Origin: Nemertoderma westbladi | Taxonomy: Eukaryota > Animalia > Xenacoelomorpha | Length of the DNA stretch: 64,000 nt | Direction of reading: 5' to 3' | Assembly (NCBI GenBank): GCA_032718475.1 | Contig: JAUCBJ010000684.1 | Location: 1-64,000, forward strand | In this document: piece by piece, positions 24,286 to 37,870 of the stretch | Position numbering within the stretch: the first letter of the stretch is position 1 | Layout: each line of letters starts with the position of its first letter | Notes under the pieces: generated by a model | The model's input: only the letters and a program-made list of their open reading frames with translations | The model's database searches: none | Told to the model about the DNA's origin: nothing | Program-made: the position numbers and the translations under genes

Positions 24286-25994
24286 GTGTCAGTAATAAAT
24301 TGTTTCATTATCAATAGTGCCATAGTATAAGTCGTTTTGTTTTATTCACTGTTCAACTTCATCTTGTCTGCCTGTTTTATTATATGTGCAGTTTTATTTA
24401 TACGCTTCTATGACAGCGGTGTCTCCATCCAAATATTATAATATAATATAAATTTAGCTTATACAATACAGCAATATTATGTAAATAAATAAACTGACTG
24501 ACGACTGACCAATAGCAATAATGACTAATGGAACTGTGATAGAACAAACTCTTGCAAATCTCAGCGCCTTAGAGTACCGGTACGCCACAATTGTAATTTT
24601 GGCGCTTTACAAATATATTTATTATTATTATTATTATTATTATTGCCTGCCTACCTGCCTACTGCATAACAGCATACAGGCATAAGGTTAAATATGTAAA
24701 TAAATGACCAGTTGCAGTACACAGTACAGCAGTAGTCAGCCAGTGCTGCAGTGTGAGTTCCCATTCTGCCTCCTGCATGGCCAGTTGTTATTGTGTTACT
24801 GTGCTGTTGGTCTGATGAACGCATGTCTGCTGTCTCACTGTCTGCCTGGTGCTAGGTTCGGCTGATTTCTGCGCCAGGCAAATATGTACCGGTACTGCGC
24901 ACTGCGGTACGCCGGGTGTGCTGGGCTGATTCCTGCTCCAGTGCTACGGCAGTACGGCAGTACGGCGCCGGGTCAATTTCTGCAGCGTCGAAGGCGGGAA
25001 TATTTCGACGCCTGCTGCGCCGAGCGCAGCATCTCTATCATTGCCAGTCAGCCAGTGCTCTACCGGCAGACCGGCTACGCCGGCGTAGCACATCTCTGCG
25101 CCGACCCTTCCTGTTCATTGCCCGGCGTAGCACATTTCTGCGCCAGCTCCCGGCGCAAGTTATAGTGCTGCGCCGAACATGCTCGGCATACATGTAAAAC
25201 TTTTCAATAGGCAGATAGGGGCTCGCTCGAAGCCCCAGACTAGTTAACGTGCTGGTTTAGTTGTTCACGTGCTGCTCGAAGTCCCAGACTAGGTAACCAG
25301 CCAGTTTAGTTGTTCACGTGCTGCTCGAAACCCCAGAGTAGTTAACGTGCTGGTTTAGTCAGTTAGTTGTTCACGTCAGCACGTGCTGCTCGAAGTCCCA
25401 GAATACTGGAATAGATAAATCTGTAAATCAACAAACATTAACGGATTGAGTGAGTTAAACCGATAAGAAATAATTTGTTCAGATTCAATGAAGTACATTA
25501 GTCTTACTCTATGTATTCAATGTTAAAACAGATTTGAATTTACCGCCAATATATCAGTATATAGGCCTAGGTGGCAGATTATGATCTACCACCCTTTCCA
25601 GTACAAATAACATGTCTTTCAATCATTTGAATTTCAATTTGCCGCGCTATGGAGCAGGGTGGCACCTTTTACGGACTTTTTGAGTGAGAGTGACTGACGG
25701 ACACGGCAGCACGGACACTTTTCTGACTGTAAATATGTGGAAAATTTTTGCCTGTGCTCAGAGACAGCTAGAACAGTAGAAATTCAGAAAGTCACCAGTG
25801 TTCCTAACTCATAATAACTGCAGTAGGCCTACTTCAATAGGTACAGGAATAGGCAGATAGGCCTTCAACCAGTGAAGTAGTCAGCCAACCCGGTCAGCCG
25901 GAAAGGAACAGCACCCAGAAATTGACTGATATCAGGATAGACAGATTGAGCTGGGTAGGGTGATACGGTCAGACGGTGGCAGCGGCAGAGAATT

Positions 25995-27113
25995 ATGCAG
26001 AAGATGGCTAAACAGAATAAGGTGAAAGACCCTCGTCTACAAGTTATTGTTCACGTTTTTGATAATCTCGTAGAATCCACCAACCAACTTATCGCTCAAC
26101 ATGAAGATGAAGAATTCCTCAACTTTATCAATCTCGTGGAGGAATCGCGATTGCGTTGGGCGACGTGGAACAACGAATCGGCGTTACTCCGGATCGAGAT
26201 CGCCCGACTCAAAGATACGGCGGCGACGTACGACAACCAACTGAAACACGCGCGGCAATCGCTGGAGGAGCAGAGCCGACGTCGGCGAGCGGTGGAGGCG
26301 GAGCGGGACGAATTGATGAGTAAACTCGAACTCATGAAGGAGTTGCTCCTCGAGCCGGGGAATAAAACCGGGTTGAACGAGGAGTTGAAACGAAGTTTAT
26401 TCGATATTCCGTCGAAGTTCCGGGAGGATGTGGCTACAGAGTCGACGGACGCGGATTTTACGGGGAGTTTATTGGAGTCGGATATCTCGTACGATTACTC
26501 GCTGGACGATCTGGACGAACCGAAACGACAGCGGAAGAAGAAACGCCCATCGGCGCCGTCGTTGGACACGGAGACGGACGAGGGGGTGGCCTGCCCGCCG
26601 GCGAAGAGTCGCCGTTCGGGTGCCACTAAACGTGTTGTCACGACGACGACGACCACGGTGGAGATCCCCAAGAAGTCGACCCGGTTTCAGACGCGCACGC
26701 AGGTCCTCGGTAGCGAGACAGAGACGACGGCGACCGAGTCGGACGCGGCGGTGTACGCGACGCCGGCGGCCTCGCCCCCCGTCGACCAGCGGCCCCACGA
26801 GTTCGTCAGTAAGACGGTGATGCGACCCGACACCTGCGCCGTGTGCCGCCAACGTATCGGCTTCTCTAAGCTCGCCCTCAAGTGTATCGAGTGTAAGCTG
26901 TTGGTTCACCCGGATTGCCGGGCCGAGGGCGCCGCTAAGGGCGTCTGCGTGCCCAGCGGGCCGCACCGTGGGCCTGCGTTGGATAGTCTCGTGTCGGCTG
27001 GCTCCAACCCCCGGGTGCCGCCCTTCGTTATTATCTGTATGCGGCATATTGAGGAGCGCGGGTTGGATGTGAAGAGGGCCGGACTGTACAGGGAGTGCGG
27101 GGAGACAAGGAAG
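25995..27113 (+). CDS. RACGAP1: Rac GTPase-activating protein 1 (CYK-4/MgcRacGAP), exon 1
   Basis: N-terminal coiled coil, SDISYD motif, C1 domain (HEFVSKTVMRPDTCAVCRQRIGF...C..C...HPDC), GLYR arginine finger; donor AAG|GTAAGT in phase 0. Confidence 0.95.
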
Positions 27114-27912
27114 GTAAGTTAACCCTAGTTGTAACCCAAGCACAAACGATAGTTCTACTTTCATCCTTGACTATTTGAATATTAGACCTGCTTTTTGGTC
27201 GGATTGTTTCACTTAATATCCCATTCCCTATTAAACTCTGCTACTATCGTTTGAAAAACACGTCGATCTCACAACAATGACGCTGCTTCGAACGCTGCAA
27301 TTAAATTTGCTGCTTTAAATCAAATTAATGATTTATATTAACTGGCGACTTGTTACCCTACCCCCCACCCCCCCCCCCCCCACCCTCCCCCCCCCCCAGG
27401 AAATTTGTTGGGGGTATTTTTCTTATTGATTTGCGTTTATAAAATGCCACAAATTATATGGTATGGTACCGGTACTGTAGCTATTGATTTTTTTGGAAGC
27501 TAGTATTTATTTTCTAAGTTGTTACCGGTGGTGTTCAAATAATTTTGTAGTTTGACAAATTAACTCAAATAAATAAATATAAACCATCTTGGTAAATAAT
27601 TAATATACAAAATTTTGAATATTTCAGGATCATATAGAAACTGTTGTTACTGCCGTTTCGCAACACCTCACAAACTATATTGAGTATGGCTTTTCATATG
27701 ATTAGCATTACAGTATATTATTAATATACTGTAATGCTAATCATATGAAAAACTTAAATAATAAATAATAACACCCATTGTTAAGTTAATATTATTAACT
27801 TAACAATGGGTGTTATTATTTAATTGTTATTGTTTAGAAGTATTCAGTCAAAACTCTCGACGAGATGGTTCATAGCAGTTAAAGGAGAAGAGGACATAGA
27901 AAACCCTAAAGC

Positions 27913-30900
27913 GGGTCAGAGTAAAACGCGGATCCGGATCAGGATCCGGATTCTATCATTTAACATTGTCCCTATGGAAGTCGACTGAATTTACATTTTT
28001 AGGGTGTAATCTGCGGATCCGTGCACTGCTAAATTTACCGAATCCGTAACCGAGTGTAAAACGCGGATTGGCTTTTTTTTTCGATCCGGAACGGAGTGTA
28101 AAACGCGGATTCATGTTGTAGGCTAAATCCTGAATGGAGTGTAAAACGCGGATTCATATTTCTACTGAATCCGGGATTGGGTGTAAAATACGGATTCAGG
28201 TTTATTACAAAATGTTATTGGATCCGGGAAGGGGTGTAAAACACGGATTCAAGTTTATTACCAAGTTTTATTGGATCCGGGACGGGGTGTAAAACTCGGA
28301 TTCAAGTTTATTACCAAAGTGTTACTGGATCCGGGGAGGGGTGTAAAACGCGGATTCGGGTTAATTACAAAGTGTTTCTGGATCCGGGACGGGGTGTAAA
28401 ACGCGGATTCAAGTTTATTACCAAGTTTTATTGGATCCGGGACGGGGTGTAAAACTCGGATTCAAGTTTATTACCAAGTGTTACTGGATCCGGGAGGGGT
28501 GTAAAACTCGGATTCAAGTTTATTACCAAAGTGTTACTGGATCCGGGGAGGGGTGTAAAACGCGGATTCGGGTTAATTACAAAGTGTTTCTGGATCCGGG
28601 ACGGGGTGTAAAACGCGGATTCAAGTTTATTACCAAGTTTTATTGGATCCGGGACGGGGTGTAAAACGCGGATTCAAGTTTATTACTAAGTTTTATTGGA
28701 TCCGGGAAGGGGTGTAAAATGCGGATTCATGTTTATTACCAAGTTTTATTGGATCCGGGACGGGGTGTAAAACGCGGATTCAAGTTTATTACCAAGTTTT
28801 ATTGGATCCGGGACGGGGTGTAAAACGCGGATTCAAGTTTATTACCAAGTTTTATTGGATCCGGGACGGGGTGTAAAACTCGGATTCAAGTTTATTACCA
28901 AAGTGTTACTGGATCCGGGGAGGGGTGTAAAACGCGGATTCGGGTTAATTACAAAGTTTTATTGGATCCGGGACGGGGTGTAAAATGCGGACTCATGTTT
29001 ATTACCAAGTTTTATTGGATCCGGGACGGGGTGTAAAACTCGGATTCAAGTTTATTACCAAAGTGTTACTGGATCCGGGGAGGGGTGTAAAACGCGGATT
29101 CAAGTTTATTACCAAGTTTTATTGGATCCGGGACGGGGTGTAAAACGCGGATTCAAGTTTATTACTAAGTTTTATTGGATCCGGGAAGGGGTGTAAAATG
29201 CGGACTCATGTTTATTACCAAGTTTTATTGGATCCGGGACGGGGTGTAAAATGCGGACTCATGTTTATTACCAAGTTTTATTGGATCCGGGACGGGGTGT
29301 AAAACTCGGATTCAAGTTTATTACCAAAGTGTTACTGGATCCGGGGAGGGGTGTAAAACGCGGATTCGGGTTAATTACAAAGTGTTTCTGGATCCGGGAC
29401 GGGGTGTAAAACGCGGATTCAAGTTTATTACCAAGTTTTATTGGATCCGGGACGGGGTGTAAAACGCGGATTCAAGTTTATTACCAAGTTTTATTGGATC
29501 CGGGACGGGGTGTAAAACTCGGATTCAAGTTTATTACCAAAGTGTTACTGGATCCGGGGAGGGGTGTAAAACGCGGATTCGGGTTAATTACAAAGTGTTT
29601 CTGGATCCGGGACGGGGTGTAAAACGCGGATTCAAGTTTATTACCAAGTTTTATTGGATCCGGGACGGGGTGTAAAACGCGGATTCAAGTTTATTACTAA
29701 GTTTTATTGGATCCGGGAGGGGTGTAAAACGCGGATTCAAGTTATTACCAAAGTGTTACTGATCCGGGAAGGGGTGTAAAACGCGGATTCGGGTTAATTA
29801 CAAAGTGTTTCTGGATCCGGGACGGGGTGTAAAACGCGGATTCAAGTTTATTACCAAGTTTTATTGGATCCGGGACGGGGTGTAAAATGCGGATTCAAGT
29901 TTATTACCAAGTTTTATTGGATCCGGGACGGGGTGTAAAACGCGGATTCAAGTTTATTACCAAGTTTTATTGGATCCGGGAGGGGTGTAAAACGCGGATT
30001 CGGGTTAATTACAAAGTGTTTCTGGATCCGGGACGGGGTGTAAAATGCGGATTCAAGTTTATTACCAAGTTTTATTGGATCCGGGACGGGGTGTAAAATG
30101 CGGATTCAAGTTTATTACCAAGTTTTATTGGATCCGGGACGGGGTGTAAAACGCGAATTCAAGTTTATTACCAAGTTTTACCCGGGACGGGGTGTAAAAC
30201 GCGGATTCGGGTTAATTACAAAGTGTTTCTGGATCCGGACGGGGTGTAAAACGCGGATTCAAGTTAATTAGTAAGTTTTAATGAACATTTTGTAAAACGC
30301 ATATGCAATGAAGGCGCAGACCCTCATCTAGTTACAATTATTAATTAGTACAATGTTTATTGTTCTTTAGTAACTTTTCTTTCTTTAATAACCAGAGATT
30401 AATACCAGGATAATTAATTTTATCATAGACTACTATGCAAACGTAGGCAGTTTAACTTAAAAACATAGAAAATCGTTTTAGACCGTATTTCGTCTTTAAA
30501 AATGATAAGAAATTATACTGAACAGTTCAGCCTCCATAAATTACGAAGGCAGCACGCTTGCAAGGCCGCTTGCAAGGCAAATAGAGTACGCTATGATGCA
30601 GTACAAACTACCGCCAGCTAGGCAGAACAGTGATTCTTGTTTGTAAGGGAGGTTGGGATGGATAAGCCAATCAGGGAACAGGACAGTAATCCTACCATAC
30701 AATTGTCTACAGAGCCGCTCTACCAGAGAGGTCACGTTCCCACGGTAGTAGTTTTTCAGCTAATCAATATCTAATAAAGTCTGACGGCTAAGCATCACCA
30801 TCGCCCTTATTAATAATTCATTGGGAAGCATTGACCCCTATTAAGGTGTCCCCCAGAGCCGGATTAAGCTTATGTGTGGCCCCTAGGCATAGAACAATAA

Positions 30901-31923
30901 AACTTTGTAATTAACGTAAATCCGTGTTTTACACTCCATTCCGGATCCAACAAAACTTGGTAATTAACGTAAATCCATGTTTTACACTCCATTCCGGATC
31001 CAATAAAACGTAGTAATTAACGTAAATCCGTGTTTTACACTCCATTCCGGATCCAACAAAACTTGGTAATTAACGAAAATCCGTGTTTTACACTCCATTC
31101 CGGATCCAATAAAACGTAGTAATTAACGAAAATCCGTGTTTTACACTCCATTCCGGATCCAATAAAACTTTGTAATTAACGTAAATCCGTGTTTTACACT
31201 CCATTCCGGATCCAACAAAACTTGGTAATTAACGAAAATCCGTGTTTTACACTCCATTCCGGATCCAATAAAACGTAGTAATTAACGAAAATCCGTGTTT
31301 TACACTCCATTCCGGATCCAATAAAACTTTGTAATTAACGTAAATCCGTGTTTTACACTCCATTCCGGATCCAATAAAACGTAGTAATTAACGTAAATCC
31401 GTGTTTTACACTCCATTCCGGATCCAACAAAACTTGGTAATTAACGTAAATCCATGTTTTACACTCCATTCCGGATCCAATAAAACGTAGTAATTAACGT
31501 AAATCCGTGTTTTACACTCCATTCCGGATCCAACAAAACTTGGTAATTAACGAAAATCCGTGTTTTACACTCCATTCCGGATCCAATAAAACGTAGTAAT
31601 TAACGAAAATCCGTGTTTTACACTCCATTCCGGATCCAATAAAACTTGGTAATTAACGAAAATCCGTGTTTTACACTCCATTCCGGATCCAATAAAACTT
31701 GGTAATTAACGAAAATCCGTATTTTACACTCCATTCCGGATTCACAAAATATATGAATCCGCGTTTTACACTGCAATACGGATTGCGTATTTCAGAATCC
31801 GCATATTACACTCAGTTACGGATTGTATGTAAATCCGGATCCGCCTTTTACACTCGCAAATCCGGGTCCTGATCCGTATCAGGATCCTGAATCCGGATCC
31901 GGATCCGCGTTTTACACCTACCC
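27913..31923. mobile_element. Foldback/Mutator-like non-autonomous element with satellite arms
   Basis: TIR gggtcagagtaaaacgcggatccggatc / gatccggatccgcgttttacacctaccc; 9-bp TSD CCCTAAAGC at 27904-27912 and 31924-31932; 53-bp arrays in opposite orientation at ~28170-30280 and ~30895-31760. Confidence 0.85.
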
Positions 31924-32937
31924 CCCTAAAGCTTTCAGCTTTCGGAATTTAGTTAGATTTTATTTGAAGTCAACTATTTAAAAAAATCCGTTGACTAACA
32001 AGTTAAATAAAACCACTTTAACTAAATAACATCAAATGATAACTTAATAGTTGAAATGTCAACTAGTTGAACAGCACTGTTTGTTACTTTAACTTTATTC
32101 CCACTTAAATAAGGATATTGAATTATATAATAATGATAATGAATAGGGATGTCCCGGAATCGATATTTTGATTCCGGCCGGAACCGGAACCGGAATTCAA
32201 CATGCCGGAATATTCCGGCCGGAATTCCGGCCTGAACCGGATATTGTGAAATTAGTGAAATACAATAAATGACCCAGGAAATTTTATAATTTTTTATGAA
32301 ACAAATGAATTTTTTTAATTTCTACAGTAAGTTTGTTAATGAGATGACTCAGAACCTTGGGGGAATTAAGGTGGGTGGAGTGGAGAATGACCTGAGCTGT
32401 TTGTTACGGCCTATCGCGTCATTAGATCCTTTGGTGCAATATCCTGGTGTCTTTAAGGGAAAGGAGCATGTTACAGTGACATGTTATTCGAACCAAAACA
32501 ATAAACGAGGCCAATAGTACATGTTACAGTTTAATTATTGCTGGGAATAAATATATTTATGGTAAGAAATGGATTTGCTGTAAATAGAAATTAAACTACT
32601 AAATTATGTAGCACCTACGACGCGGTCTGAACTAACGACCACTCGCAGGACCTGTACGTATTGTAATAACGTTTTATATTTATATTAGTTTTAGGTTAAA
32701 GTAGTAATTGTAATTGTGTTAATCGTTAATCGAGTTTCATTGCTAACTAAGGTTGGCAATTTATTTAGCCTCCTGTAATTATCATATTATTTAATAATTA
32801 ATGCAAAGTAAAATAATATAAAATCAATGTAAAATAATTTAAATTCAATGTAAAATATTGTAAGATCAATGTAAAATAATGTAAATTCAATCTAAAAAAC
32901 GCCATTTTATAAGCAAATTGGAAAAACCACCCGCTAA

Positions 32938-33258
32938 GGCCCGTGCTCCACTGGTAAGTCTTATCAAGTCTTAGTCAGAATAAATTATGAAACACATTGG
33001 TTTCAATGTTAGCGTCTCCACTGGTAAATCGTAAGTTACGACTGTGATTATGACCCATGTTCCATCTTTTGACATGAATCATGTGTTATATCCGGAAAGA
33101 TGCCTCTGATTGGTTACTTTGGGTATAATAAATATGCAGTAAATGTGAGTCGCACCTTATTTTTTTTATCAAATGACTTATGACTTATGTTACCAATGGA
33201 GCCAGGAGCCATTCATTTTGACATTCTGACTAAGCGACTTACCAGTGGAGCACGGGCC
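32938..33258. mobile_element. PIF/Harbinger (Tourist-like) MITE nested in the hAT element
   Basis: 23-bp TIR ggcccgtgctccactggtaagtc; TAA TSD on both sides. Confidence 0.9.
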
Positions 33259-33505
33259 TAATGATGCATTTCATAAAATATCTTCAGAACGACAAAGGGT
33301 TTAATTAGTTAATGTAAATTAAAAGGGTTATTTTGAATTGAATTGTATATGAATACTACTTAAGTGGTGTAACAGATGGTGGGACCATTTAGTTTGATTA
33401 CCAGGTAAAAAATTTTTGGAAATGTGTTACATACCCATCCAAGACTGAATTCACTGTAATAAACAGGGTGGCTGTGAATTTTCCCTCGTTACATAGGTTA
33501 GTTAG

Positions 33506-33660
33506 GTTCCACCTTGGTGTAATGGTTGCATTGAATTCCAATCTATCTGGAGGTCGTGGGTTCGATCCCTGCATGTGGGCCAAGGCAGTTTTCGATTCAG
33601 CACGAATGGTTTGAAGGGGCTAACCAGGGGGCATCTATGCCTTGCATCCAAATGTTAGCT
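33506..33660 (+). mobile_element. tRNA-derived SINE (partial)
   Basis: A-box tggtgtaatgg, B-box ggttcgatccc; homologous inverted copy at 41460-41697. Confidence 0.65.
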
Positions 33661-35824
33661 CTAACGGTCAAAGAAAACTTTATTTCTATACTTTTTTACA
33701 AGTGTTGAAAAGTATCTTAAACTAATTGGTAATATTGTGTAAAAAATATATAAATGTTGATAATAATTTAACAAACTAATTGCAGCTATTAAACTAGATA
33801 TGAACCTTGTAATTCCGGTAAAATTCCGGCCGGAATTGACCCCATTCCGGCAATTCCGGCCGGAACCGGAATCGGGCAAAAACCGCCGGAATTCCGGGAC
33901 ATCCCTAATAATGAACCACAGTAAAGGTACAATATACAATAATATATGATATTATCGAAACAAACAAAATTATTAATAATATAGTATATTATATTTTATT
34001 TATTGAAATATATAATGCTTAAAAGCAATTTTTTAATTTATACATAAGTTGTAATAATCCGTTAGACTGTCGCACAGCAAATAGGTAGATCGTTCCAGAT
34101 TACTGGGGCTAGAGAGTAAATAGATTGAGTTCGGAATTTTAGCCCATTCACATGGAAAGCATCCCCATGGGGGGGGGGGGGGGCTTATTTTACGGATATA
34201 CTTAAGGAGAGGTTGGCTGCTTGAGAGACGGATACGAAATTGTATGGTTAACTGTGTCTTTGATATCTATCGAGAGTAGAAAAAATTGTTATTTTTTTAT
34301 TTATATAGATATGATTGAAACATTTTTTAAGCATAAGTTTGCTATATGTTTAAATACATGCTGCATATAAATACAATGCAGCTTTTATCGATTGTTCTAG
34401 AACATGAAATTGTTTAATTAAAAGTTAACATGTTCTAGAACATATTAAGATATAATACCAAGAAATTTCAAGTTTTTATCACGAGCGAATGAATGCTACA
34501 ATACCAACGAGTGGAAAAGTCAACACGCGAGGGCAGGATATCTGAATTTCACCCAAGAAAATCAGTGGAAAATCTTGTTTTCCGTTACGTTTTTATTTCG
34601 AGTATGAAGTTTTATTTTAAAAAATAATCACCAGCGTTATATATCACTATATCCTTTAATTTATTAGCTGTAGAACCTCAGAAAACTCGACATCCTCAAT
34701 GAAATTGTCGAGCACGTCTATATCGCCAAGAAGGATATTACTATTGGGTTATTTTTAGGCTAATTGTTACTATTAATTACTTCATTGACAGTTAAAGACC
34801 GACAATTTTTCGCGGGAGGTTTAAATTGATATGCGTTTTAGTCGGAATATTTATTTAACGTTTTTGTGCCACTCATAATGGCATTTTTAATCAAATTGTT
34901 TGAAATTTTCAGTGAATGGTCTTGACATGTTGACCAATAAAATATATTGACAGAATTTTAAAATTTGGAGTTAAGTTGTGTTTTGGACCGACAATTTGAA
35001 AAATTAAAAAAATATACTTTTTGGTCAGATAAAATAATCAAAATTATGTCTTTAGAAATGTTTTATTGGTCAATATCTCTAAGACCAGTAGACCATTCAC
35101 TGAAACTGAAATTTTCCGTGAAAATCATACGAACGAACCAATAGATAACATATAAATGTTTCATTTTAATGCATATATTATATTTGTGTCTCGTAACAGA
35201 GCCTCATGCTGCGCGAAGGCCACACGAACGTGTAACCTCTGAGAATTATTGTAGCCTATCAAGTATAAATTGTAAAGACCCCCTTTTATTAATAATTCAT
35301 AAATTTATATAATTTAACTATTTTACGACGGTCGAAGGATTTATTTTAAGGTGTACAAGGTAGTGGGTGTGGCAGGAAAGTGCGATCTGTTTGTGCAACT
35401 TAGTTAGTAATTACGGGGAGCAGTTAAACATGATATTATTTCTTTATAAAGACCTGTAGTACCACGATGTGGTCGACAGGTGGCTGGGTGGATGTCATTT
35501 AGATTCTAGTCTCGGTTAATATAATTTGTTTTTTCCATTTTGTTTAATAAAACGATATGGTTAACCGTGTCAAATTGTGTTTTTTGCTTACTTTTTTTTA
35601 TCCAATAATAAAATATATTCATTTTTAGATAATTATCATGAAAATTAGTGAAAAAGGTTAGATTAATTCACTCACTTTAAAAATATTTGTGAGAAAAAAT
35701 GGATTTTCAAATAAAAAGTCTCACATTAATAATTTATTTCTAACTGAGTAATAAATTATATCTATTGTAGTTCCCTACCTTCCAGGGTTGTTATTAATTG
35801 ATTATTATTAATTAATATTAACAG

Positions 35825-36487
35825 ATCACGGAACTGAAGGAAGCGTTTCTGCGCGGTAAGATCTGCGGTAAGGAAGTGAGTAAATACGACGTCCACGTCG
35901 TGTGCGGAGCCCTCAAGGACTTCCTGCGAAACCTGAACGAACCGCTGGTAACGTACGCGCTGCACCCCGCGTTCCTGGACGCCGGTTCCTCCGGCAACCG
36001 GTCGGACGCGGAGCGGCTGGTCAACCAACTCCCCCCGGCGAACCGACACACACTAGCCATGCTGATGCTGCACTTCCAGCAGATCGCCGACGTCCCCGAG
36101 ATCAAGATGGGCGTGTCAAACCTCGCCAAGACGTTCGGGCCAACGATAATAGGTTACCGCGACAACCGGGACATGTTGAACGTGACCATGCGACAGCAAC
36201 CCGTTCTGGAACTCCTCATGGGTCTGGGCCCCGGGTTCTGGGCGGGTCTGCTGAAGGGCGAGGAGGGCGGTACGGGCGATTACTACGGGACGCCCCGGAC
36301 GCCCGAGCAGTTGGGTCCGGTGTCCGACAGTATGCTCGGACCGGTGACCCGCTCCGGGGTGAAGAAGACCCCCTCGGCCAGCGGGAGGGCTAAACATTTC
36401 CTCGGTTTTACTCCCAAGAGTTCCCACGGGACCGGGAAGTCGGCTCGAATTAATAAGGACCATTACGAGAACCCGACATTGAGGTAG
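35825..36487 (+). CDS. RACGAP1: RacGAP1 exon 2 (RhoGAP domain and C-terminal tail); spliced protein 593 aa
   Basis: taacAG|ATC ACG GAA: ITELKEAFLRG...DVHVVCGALKDFLRNLNEPLVT...NLAKTFGPTIIG...TP.TPE...LGPVT; in frame with exon 1. Confidence 0.95.
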   Translation: MTELKEAFLRGKICGKEVSKYDVHVVCGALKDFLRNLNEPLVTYALHPAFLDAGSSGNRSDAERLVNQLPPANRHTLAMLMLHFQQIADVPEIKMGVSNLAKTFGPTIIGYRDNRDMLNVTMRQQPVLELLMGLGPGFWAGLLKGEEGGTGDYYGTPRTPEQLGPVSDSMLGPVTRSGVKKTPSASGRAKHFLGFTPKSSHGTGKSARINKDHYENPTLR

Positions 36488-36702
36488 ATAGTTGATATTA
36501 TTGTGAACGTTTTATGTTCTAGAACGGAGATGGTTGACATTATTGTGAACGTTTTATGTTCTAGAACGACCTGTTTTTGGCAAGTGAATTAATATGTTAC
36601 CGGATGATCAGGTGTCAGGCAATAGGATGAAAGGAAGGAATTACAGTAATCTGGATAGTATTTACAGCGTTTCTCACTAAATGTTAACTTATTATACATC
36701 TA

Positions 36703-37870
36703 TTTGTGGCTCAGTCCGTAGTTATGGGTTTGTGGCTCAGTCCGTAGTTAGGGGTTTGTGGCTCAGTCCGTAGTTATGGGTTTGTGGCTCAGTCCGTAGT
36801 TAGGGGTTTGTGGCTCAGTCCGTAGTTAAGGGGTTTGTGGCTCAGTCCGTAGTTAGGGGTTTGTGGCTCAGTCCGTAGTTAGGGGTTTGTGGCTCAGTCC
36901 GTAGTTAAGGGGTTTGTGGCTCAGTCCGTAGTTAGGGGTTTGTGGCTCAGTCCATAGTTAGGGGTTTATGGCTCAGTCCGTAGTTAGGGGTTTGTGGCTC
37001 AGTCCGTAGTTAGGGGTTTATGGCTCAGTCCGTAGTTAGGGGTTTGTGGCTCAGTCCGTAGTTATGGGTTTGTGGCTCAGTCCGTAGTTAGGGGTTTGTG
37101 GCTCAGCCCTAGTTAGAGGTTTGTGGCTCAGTCCGTAGTTAGGGGTTTGTGGCTCAGTCCGTAGTTAGGGGTTTGTGGCTCAGTCCGTAGTTAGGGGTTT
37201 GTGGCTCAGTCCGTAGTTAGGAGTTTGTGGCTCAGTCCGTAGTTAGGGGTTTGTGGCTCAGTCCGTAGTTAGGGGTTTGTGGCTCAGTCCGTAGTTAGGG
37301 GTTTGTGGCTCAGTCCGTAGTTAGGGGTTTGTGGCTCAGTCCGTAGTTAGGAGTTTGTGGCTCAGTCCGTAGTTAGGGGTTTGTGGCTCAGTCCGTAGTT
37401 AGGGGTTTGTGGCTCAGTCCGTAGTTAGGGGTTTGTGGCTCAGTCCGTAGTTAGGGGTTTGTGGCTCAGTCCGTAGTTAGGGGTTTGTGGCTCAGTCCGT
37501 AGTTAGGGGTTTGTGGCTCAGTCCGTAGTTAGGGGTTTGTGGCTCAGTCCGTAGTTAGGGGTTTGTGGCTCAGTCCGTAGTTAGGGGTTTGTGGCTCAGT
37601 CCGTAGTTAGGGGTTTGTGGCTCAGTCCGTAGTTAGGGGTTTGTGGCTCAGCCCTAGTTAGAGGTTTGTGGCTCAGTCCGTAGTTAGGGGTTTGTGGCTC
37701 AGTCCGTAGTTAGGGGTTTGTGGCTCAGTCCGTAGTTAGGGGTTTGTGGCTCAGTCCGTAGTTAGGGGTTTGTGGCTCAGTCCGTAGTTAGGGGTTTGTG
37801 GCTCAGTCCGTAGTTAGGGGTTTGTGGCTCAGTCCGTAGTTAGGGGTTTGTGGCTCAGTCCGTAGTTAGG
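36703..37870. repeat. 26-bp minisatellite (~45 copies) containing TTAGGGG
   Basis: Unit tttgtggctcagtccgtagttagggg. Confidence 0.95.

Larger units (their letters stand above)
32144..33907. mobile_element. Non-autonomous hAT element
   Basis: TIR tagggatgtcccggaat / attccgggacatcccta; 8-bp TSD ATAATGAA; subterminal ccggaa repeats. Confidence 0.9.

Noticed and set aside
26428-27164. Alternate-frame and antisense ORFs over RacGAP1 exons (also 35762-36463)
   Set aside because: Shadow ORFs expected from GC-rich codon usage.
36703-37870. Telomere or interstitial telomeric tract
   Set aside because: One TTAGGG per 26-bp unit, not (TTAGGG)n.
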